From contig CAWAUV010000001.1 of assembly GCA_963785305.1 (NCBI GenBank), positions 96,001 to 160,000 of the forward strand: a DNA stretch of 64,000 nucleotides, given 5' to 3'. Source of the stretch: an uncultured Planctomycetaceae bacterium (GTDB lineage Bacteria > Planctomycetota > Planctomycetia > Pirellulales > PALSA-1355). Of the stretch, positions 55,388 to 64,000 are shown piece after piece (position 1 is the first letter of the stretch; each line of letters begins with the position of its first letter). Both the position numbers and the translations under genes were made by a program. The notes beneath the pieces were generated by a model. It ran no database searches. It saw nothing but the letters and a program-made list of their open reading frames with translations, and was not told the DNA's origin.

Positions 55388-56476
55388 GTGTCGAGCGTGT
55401 CGAAAACCATCGTGCGCCCCATCGAAGGCGCTTGGGCAATGTGGAACGATTTTTGGTTCCACGGAGCCGACCCGGCCACGTATTCGCTGATGCGCGTGCT
55501 CGGCGGCGCGATGCTGTTTTACACACATCTCGGTTTGGTCGCTCGATTTCGAGGCGTTTTTCGGCCCCGATGGCTGGCTCCCGCCCGAAGCGGTGCGCAT
55601 GCTTCAGCAAGGGACGTATTCTTGGAGCTACTTCTGGTGGCTGCCCACGTCGGGCTGGCGCTGGGCGGCGCATTTGGCGGCGCTCGTCGTCTTCGCGTTG
55701 CTCACGGTCGGATTGTACAGCCGCCTAATGGCCGTGCTCGCGCTTGTGGCCACGCTCAGCTATATCGGCCGTGCGCGCCGGCGCGCTGTTCGGCCTCGAC
55801 CAAATCAACGCGATGCTGGCCCTGTATTTGTGCGTGGGTCCCTCGGGCGCCGAATATTCGCTCGACCGATGGCTTGTCCAGCGCCGCGCCGCCCGGGAAC
55901 ATCGGCCCGCGCCGCCGGTAGCGCCGAGCATCGGCGCCAATATCGCGATTCGCCTTACGCAGCTTCACATGTGCGTGATCTATGCCTTTGCCGGCACATC
56001 GAAACTCATGGGTCCAAGCTGGTGGAATGGCGACGCCATGTGGCAGGCGATGGCCAATCTCGAGTACCAATCGGTCGACATGACCGGCATGGCGCACTGG
56101 CCGCGGCTAATCGCGCTGATGACGCATGTCACCATTTTTTGGGAAGTGTATTACGTGGCGCTCGATCTGGCCGCGGAAGACGCGCTATATCATGCTCGCC
56201 ATGGCCGTGCCGCTGCACTTGGGCATCGGCATTTTTCTGGGCATGATGACCTTCGGCCTCGTGATGCTGATCGCGAACCTCGCGTTTGTCGAACCCCGGT
56301 ATGTGCGCGCGATCATCGATCGACGATGGGCGGCGGCCACGGGCGAGCGCCAACCGGACACGTCGCGGGGAACGTCGAGGACCAAGGGGGCCATGCCCGC
56401 GGCCGATATTTCGAATGGCGCGGGATCAAGCGGCGGAAGCTTGCGACGGCCCACTCCGCGAATGCAAAAGCACTGA
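55388..56476 (+). CDS. HTTM-domain multi-TM protein; about three frameshifts
   Basis: WNDFWF..R; LTVGLYSR; FGLDQI; YSLDRW; IRLTQLHMCVIY..AG.SKL.G..WWNGDA; LHLGI..GM..FG. Confidence 0.75.
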
Positions 56477-57235
56477 TCGCGATGCCCATGCCGAGCGGCA
56501 AGCGTGCTCCCCGCGCGGCCCGGCGACCCGAGTGGCCCCGCTACCAGAAACGCCACCAGGGGGCGCCGCCACGGCTTCTTCTCCGCGGCCCACCGGCGAC
56601 GCGGCATATTGGCGCCACTTGGTCACGTCGTTGCCATAGTCCTGCCCGCTCACGAGCTTGAGCGATTCCAGCGCGCGGCGCTGCATGGCCGGGTCGGCGT
56701 CGGCCAAGGCTTCGGCGAGCGCTTTCGCGGCGGTTGGTTCCTTGAGCGTTCCCAGCGCGCGGGCGGCAGCCAGGCGAACATCGAAGTTGCCATCGTTGGT
56801 CAGCGTGTTCGATAGCGGCTCGATCCCATCCTTGCCGCCGCGAATCGACCACGCGCGGCAGCAGGCAATCCGCGTTTCGAAATCTGGATCGCTCAAGCCC
56901 GCCTTGAGCACCTGACCGGAAAGCGCGGTGGGATACACGGCGAGCGCCAGCAAGATGTGACGCCGCACGAGCGGGTCTTGTTTTTCTTTTTCGATCTCCC
57001 GGGCCAGCAGTTCGCAATCTTTTTGCTGTTGCTCGGGCGACTTGGGAGTCTTCTTCTGTTCGTCGCGCAGCTTGTCGATCTCGGCGATGCGCTCATCGGC
57101 TGTCTTGATGCCGACGACATGGTCTTCAGTATACCAAGGCATCTTCTTTTGCAGCGCGCTGCCCTGACAGCCGGTCTCGACGAGACCGAGCGCGAGCGCG
57201 AGCACGGCAAAAACGATGGGTCGACCCGATTTCAT
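56426..57235 (-). CDS. HEAT-repeat lipoprotein; 3' end uncertain
   Basis: Lipobox ETGC; repeats L.DPD..TRIA, DVRLAAARALG, LADADPAMQ. Confidence 0.75.
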   Translation of the reverse strand: MKSGRPIVFAVLALALGLVETGCQGSALQKKMPWYTEDHVVGIKTADERIAEIDKLRDEQKKTPKSPEQQQKDCELLAREIEKEKQDPLVRRHILLALAVYPTALSGQVLKAGLSDPDFETRIACCRAWSIRGGKDGIEPLSNTLTNDGNFDVRLAAARALGTLKEPTAAKALAEALADADPAMQRRALESLKLVSGQDYGNDVTKWRQYAASPVGRGEEAVAAPPGGVSGSGATRVAGPRGEHACRSAWASRSVLLHSRSGPSQASAA

Positions 57236-57470
57236 GGACGCGACAACATTTGAAGGCAAAATGGGAGATTTGCCAGATAGGCGGGCGGGACTATATCAGA
57301 TTACGCTCCCGGCCCGCTAGGCGAACTCGAAGCGCCCGGATCGGAATTTGCCCCAATGTCGTCGACGCATCCGGAAGGCGTTCTCGTTCGGATTTGGGCC
57401 TCCGCTATCGGAGAAGGCGCCATGACAGCAAGGAGACGCATCGCCACTTGCCTATCGCTTGGGCAGGCTC

Positions 57471-57734
57471 TCATTCGATCTCAAGCACTTTGCCTTCGTC
57501 GGACACTTCGACCTCGATGATCTTGCCGGATTTGTTCTTGCCGCGAACTTCGTAAAATCCGTCGCCTCGGACCACGTTGTCAAACACCACGTCGGGCATC
57601 GTGGTCTGGGCCACCTTGATGATTTCAGGTGGCACGCTGTCCATCGATACCGAGTGCTTGCTGGTCTTCTTCGCGGTCGGACTGCAACCGAGCGAACAAG
57701 CCACGAACACCGAAAGCCACCATGCCCAGCGCAT
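57471..57734 (-). CDS. Small PepSY-like lipoprotein
   Basis: SLGC lipobox; YEVRGKNKSGKIIEVEVSDEGKVLEIE; start overlaps the DUF1559 stop (TGATG). Confidence 0.7.
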   Translation of the reverse strand: MRWAWWLSVFVACSLGCSPTAKKTSKHSVSMDSVPPEIIKVAQTTMPDVVFDNVVRGDGFYEVRGKNKSGKIIEVEVSDEGKVLEIE

Positions 57735-58636
57735 CAATATTCTCCTGATACCACTTCGTTGCCGGTGCGCGTCACCAGCGAGATATAGGTCTGATAGTCG
57801 ATTTCCGCGTCGAGATAGTTCACATGGCCATCGGTAAACAAGAAATTGCACCCTAGGCCATGCAAGCTATAGAACTGGTTGACATCGCCGCCGGGCTCGC
57901 CGGGGCCGGCGCCCTCGCCCGCATGTCCCAAAATCATGCTCGCGCCCGCTTCGGGCACCGGTTGCGCCACGACATTGGCCGGAGACGGAAAAAGCATCGC
58001 GTTCGTCACCGAACCGACCCACGTTGCGTTGCCAAGCACGATCGCCCGCTCGCCCACGGCCAAGGTCGTGCTGCTGCCATCGGTAATGTCTTTCAAGGCG
58101 ATGTCGCTATTGCGATAAAAAACCCCATTGCCGTTGACGCCCGGTTCGCCGGTGCCGAAGACCCCCACATAGTTCGCCGAGGCAACGTCGCAAATCGTTG
58201 GACCCGGCGCGGATCCGGCGGCCGAGCTTTGAGCCGACCAACTGGGCGGAGGCGAGTCCGAGGGACAAAGCAGCGTGGCGATCGCGAGCAGCCGGGCCGT
58301 GTTTTGCGGCGATTCGATCGGCAATTGAAAATGGATGGCGCCGGAAATGGCGCCCTCTTCCAACTGCGGCAGAATTCGAGCGGCCCAACCCCAGCCCGGT
58401 CCCAGATCGTTGCCGTTGGCGTCGACCTGCGAAATATATCCCGCGGGAAATGTTTTCCGCGCTTCCTCGAAATTCAGGAGCGCCAAGCCGATCTGCTTCA
58501 GATTGTTCGCGCAATGAATTCGCCTCGCCGATTCGCGGCTCGCTTGGACCGCGGGCAGCAGCAAAGCGACGAGCACGCCGATGATCGCGACGACCGCCAG
58601 CAATTCGACTAAGGTAAATCCGCGACGCATGGACAT
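57734..58636 (-). CDS. DUF1559 prepilin-type protein
   Basis: [61 protein letters not shown]. Confidence 0.95.
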   Translation of the reverse strand: MSMRRGFTLVELLAVVAIIGVLVALLLPAVQASRESARRIHCANNLKQIGLALLNFEEARKTFPAGYISQVDANGNDLGPGWGWAARILPQLEEGAISGAIHFQLPIESPQNTARLLAIATLLCPSDSPPPSWSAQSSAAGSAPGPTICDVASANYVGVFGTGEPGVNGNGVFYRNSDIALKDITDGSSTTLAVGERAIVLGNATWVGSVTNAMLFPSPANVVAQPVPEAGASMILGHAGEGAGPGEPGGDVNQFYSLHGLGCNFLFTDGHVNYLDAEIDYQTYISLVTRTGNEVVSGEY

Positions 58637-58892
58637 AGTGGGCTCCCTGGGGGAGCACGAAGTTTAGTCGCCGCGGCTGACCCACGTCAAAATAGAATCG
58701 CGTTAGGAAATGGTTAGCGACTTATCCGACGCCTCCTCTTCTCCCCAACCGGGAAAAAAACATGGGGATGGGGGTTCCTGGGGGTTCATGGATATGCTCG
58801 GCCCTTCAAGCCGCCGATCCTAACCGTACTGCCCGATTGGAGTTTGCTCGCCGAGTCGGGCGGATCACGGTGCGCCATGCTATGCTAATAGA

Positions 58893-60093
58893 ATGGTCCC
58901 TAGCCTCGCCGCGCCCTGCGTCCGCAAGTCGATCGTCCAAGGGATATTGCGCGCGACGGTGGCGATCGGCTTGGCGCTTTGCCTATCGTCGCTCGGAAGT
59001 TTGGCCCTAGCGGTCGATCATGTGGCGTTTAAACGCGACGGAAACGCCCGCGAAATCGATGGCCGCCTTTTGGTCACGGCCCAAGACGGCGGCCTGATGC
59101 TCCTGGCCAGCGACGGCGTCTTGTGGCCGATTCAGCCCGAAGAAATCGTCTCGCATACGAAGGACGACGCTCCCTTCAAGCCGCTCTCCGCCGCCCTGCT
59201 CGGCAAGCGGCTTCTGGAAACGCTGCCCGAAGGTTTTGAAATTCACTCCACGACTGCGCTATCTGGTGTGCCACGACACCTCGCGAGAATATGCCCAGTG
59301 GTGCGGTTCGCTGCTCGAGCGGCTCAATCGCGCGTTCGTCAATTTTTGGAACCGCAAGGGATTCGAGCTTCACGAAGCCGAATTTCCGCTGGTCGTCATC
59401 GTGTTCAGCAGCCGCGAAGCGTATATGAAATACGCCACGCTCGAGGTCGGGCCCGCCGCGCGGAACATGATCGGCTACTACAGTCTCGCGACTAATCGAG
59501 TGCTGACCTGCGACCTGACGGAAAGCGATCCGGGGCTCGGCCGCCGCGAGCGCCGCGCCAGCGCCCAGCAGATCAACGAGCTTTTGAGCCAGCCCGATTC
59601 CGAACGCAACGTGGCCACGATCATCCACGAGGCCACGCATCAGGTGGCGTTTAACTCGGGCCTGCAGACTCGCTTCGCCGATATTCCGCTCTGGGTGAGC
59701 GAAGGACTGGCGATCTATTTCGAAACGCCGGACCTCGAAAGCGCCAAGGGATGGCGAACCATGGGCGGGGTGAACTATCCGCGGCTCGAGCGATTCCATG
59801 AATACCTGCCCGCGCGTCCCGCGGAATCGTTGCCGAGCCTGATCGGCGACGACAAGCGAATGCGCGATCCGTCGACGGCGCTCGACGCCTATGCCGAAGC
59901 CTGGGCCCTGAACTATTACCTGCTCCGCCAGCATCCGAAGGAATATCTCGCGTATTTGAAGCGGCTGGCCGCGAAGCCGCCGCTGGTGTGGGACGATCGG
60001 GACGCGCGGCTCGCGGAATTTCGCCAAGCGTTTGGGCCGGACATTGGCCGGGTCGACGATCAATTTCTCCGGCACATGCAGCGAGTGCATTAA
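58893..60093 (+). CDS. Secreted DUF1570-like HExxH metallopeptidase; frameshift near 59255
   Basis: Signal peptide; GYYS..TN; TIIHEATHQVAFNSG; PLWVSEGLA.YFE; YAEAWAL. Confidence 0.8.
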
Positions 60094-60365
60094 AAGCAGG
60101 ACTTGGCGGCGATCGACGAAAACTCGCGCCTTGGGCGTTGAACATCGAGCGGGCCGGCCTGGGAATCAAGCGGCCCGGCCGCCCGGTCCGGCTCGCGCGC
60201 CGCGAGATTTTTCCCGAGAGCGAAGGTTCGTCGTGTGGCGAAATGGATTTAGGTAAGGTAAATTGGGCTTCACCGCGCCGTGTCGCCCGAATCGAGCCCA
60301 TGACTCGAAATCGCGAGTGACGATCCTCCCCAAACCTTTCGCCGCCTTGGAGCAAAGGACACATC

Positions 60366-61680
60366 ATGCACTCCGCCCCCGGTTCCCATCCCCAGGCTTC
60401 GGCGACCCGCCGCGATTTTCTCAAGGCTTCGAGCCTCGCGGCCGGCGGCGCTTTCGTCGCCGCCGCTCGTCGCTCCGCGCTTTGTGCATGCGGCCGATAG
60501 CCATGTGCTCAAGGTGGGCCTCATCGGCTGCGGCGGCCGAGGCACGGGCGCGGCGATGAATGCCCTCAACGCCGAGAAGGACTTGCCGGCCGACATTCAG
60601 TGCAAAGTCACGGCCTTGGCCGATCTTTTTCCCGAAAGCCTGCAATCCAGCCTCAACAATCTCAAGCAACAAGCCGCCGCGCGAATCGATGTGCCCGCCG
60701 AGCGGCAATTCACCGGCTTCGACGCTTACAAGCAATTATTGGCCACCGATGTCGATGTGGTGCTGCTTGCCACCCCGCCGCACTTTCGACCGATTCATTT
60801 CAAGGCCGCCGTCGAGGCCGGCAAACATGTATTCTGCGAGAAACCGGTGGCGGTCGACGCTCCCGGGGTGCGCTCGGTGCTCGAAACCGCGGAGCTCGCC
60901 AAGCAAAAGAACCTGAGCGTCGTGTCGGGGCTTTGCTATCGCTACGATTTGGCCAAGCAAGAACTGGTCAAGCGGGTGCATGACGGCGCCATCGGCGATA
61001 TTCAAGCGATGCATGTTAGCTACAACACCGGCACCCTCTGGCGCAAGGATCGGAAGCCCGAGTGGAGCGACATGGAATTTCAGCTCCGCAACTGGCTCTA
61101 CTTCACATGGCTTTCGGGCGACTTCAATGTCGAGCAGCATGTGCATAGCCTCGACAAAGCGGCCTGGATCATGCGCGACGAGCCGCCGGCGCGAGCCACC
61201 GGCCTGGGCGGGCGCCAAGTGCGAACCGGCGAGGAATACGGTAATGCCTACGACCACATGGCCGTGGTTTTCGAATACGCCAACGGAGTGCGGCTCTTTT
61301 CCAATTGTCGCCAAATGGCGGGCTGCTCGGTCGATGTGTCGGATCACATCATCGGCACGAAGGGCACGGCCGAAATGATGAAAGGCCGGATCTCCGGGGC
61401 CGACCCCTGGAGCTTTTCGGGCAAGGCGCCCAATATGTACGACGCGGAGCACAAAGCGCTCTTCGAGAGCATTCGCTCGGCCAACCCGATCAACAACGGC
61501 CGGTACATGGCCCAAAGCACGCTGATGGGAATCATGGGCCGCATGTGCTGCTACACCGGCCAGACGCTCACCTGGGACCAATGCCTCAAGAGCAAGGAAG
61601 ACCTCTCGCCGGCGAAGTATGAATTCGGCCCGGCGCCGGTGGCGGTGGTGGCCAAGCCGGGGCTCACGCAGTTCGTGTAG
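60366..61680 (+). CDS. Gfo/Idh/MocA oxidoreductase with Tat signal; N-terminal frameshift(s)
   Basis: TRRDFLK; GLIGCGGRG; ATPPHFRP; GKHVFCEKP; EQHVHSLD. Confidence 0.9.
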
Positions 61681-61823
61681 TCGGCAAACGATGTGACGCC
61701 CGAGAAGAGAGCCGCGGGGGAGCGAGGGCGAGGCCCGCTCCGCGCTTCGCGGGGCGAGGTTGCTTCTTCCCGTCGTTTCTTTTTCGCGATGTTCTTTTCG
61801 CGATTCGCCCAAGAAGGAGAAAA

Positions 61824-61896
61824 TAGCCGCGGCGCAACTCGAACGCGCGACATCCAGCTTGTCGAGCTGCGCTCTAACCAACTGAGCTACGCGGCT
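61824..61896 (-). tRNA. Atypical tRNA-Val(GAC)-like gene, possibly a pseudogene
   Basis: AGCCGCG-TA-GCTC-AGTTGGTTA-GAGC-G-CAGC-TCGACAA-GCTG-GATGTC-GCGCG-TTCGAGT-TGCGC-CGCGGCT-A folds as a cloverleaf; 4-bp anticodon stem, C33, G53-U61, no encoded CCA. Confidence 0.7.
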
Positions 61897-62093
61897 GCGA
61901 TGGATTTTCTCAACGGGGGCGGCGAGGCCGAGGGACTCGACTCGGGCAATTCGTCGCCTCTACCTGCGACGCGACTAATCTACCCGCCCGAACCGAGACC
62001 GTCTAGCGGTTCATTGAAAAATGGAGCCCGCTTTGGCCGGCATAAGCGCGAGGCGCCGATCCGATCGGCGGGCGCCGCGATGCTTCGGCCAGA

Positions 62094-63174
62094 TCAATAC
62101 GCGTCTTCGTTCACCTGCTGACTGTCGTTCGACAGATTAATCAAATCCCACACACCGAGGGCCGTCGAGCTCGTGCCCAGGCCGATCGTATCGTCGAGCC
62201 AATGCACGCTACCATCGCAGAACACGCTTTGCACGCCGCCGGGATGCAGACTCCGCATTGTTTGCTGGTGGCTGTTATTGCCGCCATCGCAGCCCATGTT
62301 GAAGTTGTTTAGCATCGTGGTGCCGCCGAAATTCGCGCCGGTCGTATTGCAGCTAAAAACATCGTCGGCCTCGGGAGCCCAAGCATTCGGGCCGTTGTCG
62401 TCGCCGATATTTCCATGCGCGTAAAGACCACTCGCGCAGCCGCCCGACATCGCCCAAATGCCTCGGGCGTCGGTCGAATCGAGCCCGGCCCGAATCTCGC
62501 CGACCAGCACGGTCTTACTCGTGCCATCGGTAATTTGCTTCATCGAGAGCGAGACATTCGGGCCCATGACGCCGCGATAATAGGCTTGGGTCCAGCCCGT
62601 CGAGCTTGCTCCGAAGCTGCTATCTTGAAATTCCATCGAGCCGTTGGCGGCATAGTTGCCGCGCCCAGCCGAGCCCCAGGGAAGTGGCGGCGGTCGTTCC
62701 GTCGTACGCAACATTGTTATACGAATCGCTCGGGCAGAGCAGCGCTGGAATCACGGTCGAGCGGAAGACATAGTTCGAGCCATCGGTGATGTAGGCTTTG
62801 GTGTTGTAGAGCGTCAGCGTGTTTTTCTCTTCCATGAAGGGCATGATCATGATGATCCAATTCGGCCCCAGCGTCGTTTGCGGCATATTCGCGCTGCCGC
62901 TGTTCCAAAGGGCGCCCGGCGGAAAGATCTTTCGCGCGTCGTGGTAATTCTGCAGAGCGAGCCCGAGTTGCTTGAGGTTGTTGGCGCAACTCGACCTGCG
63001 GGCCGCTTCCCGGGCGGCTTGCACCGCCGGAAGCAAGAGCGCGATCAGCACGCCGATGATCGCGATCACGACAAGCAGTTCGACCAGAGTAAATGCCTGA
63101 CGCGCGCGCGCTCCGGTCGCGCGAGCCGCCGAGCGCGCTAGCAACCACGAATCCTGCCTACGAACAGACCGCAT
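62094..63174 (-). CDS. DUF1559 prepilin-type protein; frameshift near 62680
   Basis: [58 protein letters not shown]...CDGSV. Confidence 0.92.
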
Positions 63175-63493
63175 TTTTTTCCGAACCCGAAGAGATGTGA
63201 AACCCCTGATCGCTCGGGGCGCCAACGGTCTTGAGCAAGTGCCGGGCCTCAAGAGACGGGCATTTTGCGGTTCGGCGCTTTGTGCGCGCGAACGCTCCTT
63301 GGATGGATCAATTAAAGGACCGACGAAGAAAGGAACAAAACCGTCGATAGGGGCGATGCCAACTCGAATCGAACCTCGGCCAGTCTCGCGAACCTATTGC
63401 CATGTTATAGCTTTGCACGCGGCGGTGCAAGAAAAAGAATCTGAAATTATTTGCGCGCTCGCAACCCGTCGCCCCCCCAACTGCACGGCGATT

Positions 63494-64000
63494 CTACCCC
63501 TCGCCCCCGCCGGGGCGGGACCACTTGCGCACCCAGGCCATCAGCGCCGCCGCCACCGGATCATCGGGTTTCGTGGCCCGCCACATGACGTCGATATGGT
63601 TCCGATTCTCGACCGGGAGCGTTTCCACGGTCACATGTTTATCGCGCAGCGCCTTGGCGAAGTCGAGCGCCATGTCCTCGGCAAATGGAAAGTCGTGATC
63701 GGCATGGATCAGCAGCATCGGCGGAGAACGCTCGCTCACGTGTTCGATCGGCGACGCCTGACGATGCAAGGCCGCGTCGTCGCCGAACACGCTCTTGAAC
63801 ATCGTTCCCGGCACAATGTAAACACCGCTGATCGCGACCACGGCCTTGATGTCGGCCAGCCCGAGGCCCTGCTCCGTGAGGTACGACTCGTCGGTGGCCA
63901 AAAGGGCCGCCAGGTGTCCGCCGGCGGAATGCCCGGCCACGAACAACCGCTCGCGGTCGCCGCCATAACGGGCAATATTGGCCCGCACCCAGGCAAAAGC
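63494..64000 (-). CDS. Alpha/beta hydrolase (esterase/lipase), 5'-truncated by the window edge
   Basis: NIARYGGD..LFVAGHSAGGHL, ASP, LIHADHD, RNH. Confidence 0.85.
   Translation of the reverse strand, partial: AFAWVRANIARYGGDRERLFVAGHSAGGHLAALLATDESYLTEQGLGLADIKAVVAISGVYIVPGTMFKSVFGDDAALHRQASPIEHVSERSPPMLLIHADHDFPFAEDMALDFAKALRDKHVTVETLPVENRNHIDVMWRATKPDDPVAAALMAWVRKWSRPGGGEG

Overview
GC-rich bacterial DNA, almost certainly from a planctomycete (Pirellulales-like), judged by lineage-typical families: two DUF1559 prepilin-type genes, DUF1549/DUF1553 cytochrome c plus DUF1501, TIGR03000 and DUF1570. The window holds about 48 mostly chromosomal genes, including mak-glgE, mdtABC divergent from a beta-propeller sensor kinase/NarL-type pair, efp-epmA-epmB and tpx. 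It also carries a complete group II intron in the leader of a ferritin-like gene, three short TIR-bounded MITE/REP elements and an atypical tRNA-Val(GAC)-like gene. About 18 genes are broken by small frameshifts, most likely long-read indel errors, so their boundaries are reconstructed by eye. The most notable observations are: (1) a tandem Hsp70 pair with one intact, lid-less ATPase and one paralog that lacks three catalytic residues and appears membrane-anchored, followed by two paralogous Zn-ribbon membrane proteins; (2) the intron, with a visible EBS1/IBS1 match, between a putative promoter and a stress gene; (3) MITEs in which IS-like ends enclose REP hairpins; (4) an SdpA/SdpB-like HTTM gene pair; (5) a tandem of tRNA-like elements. 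All family assignments are from motif recognition; no database searches were run.
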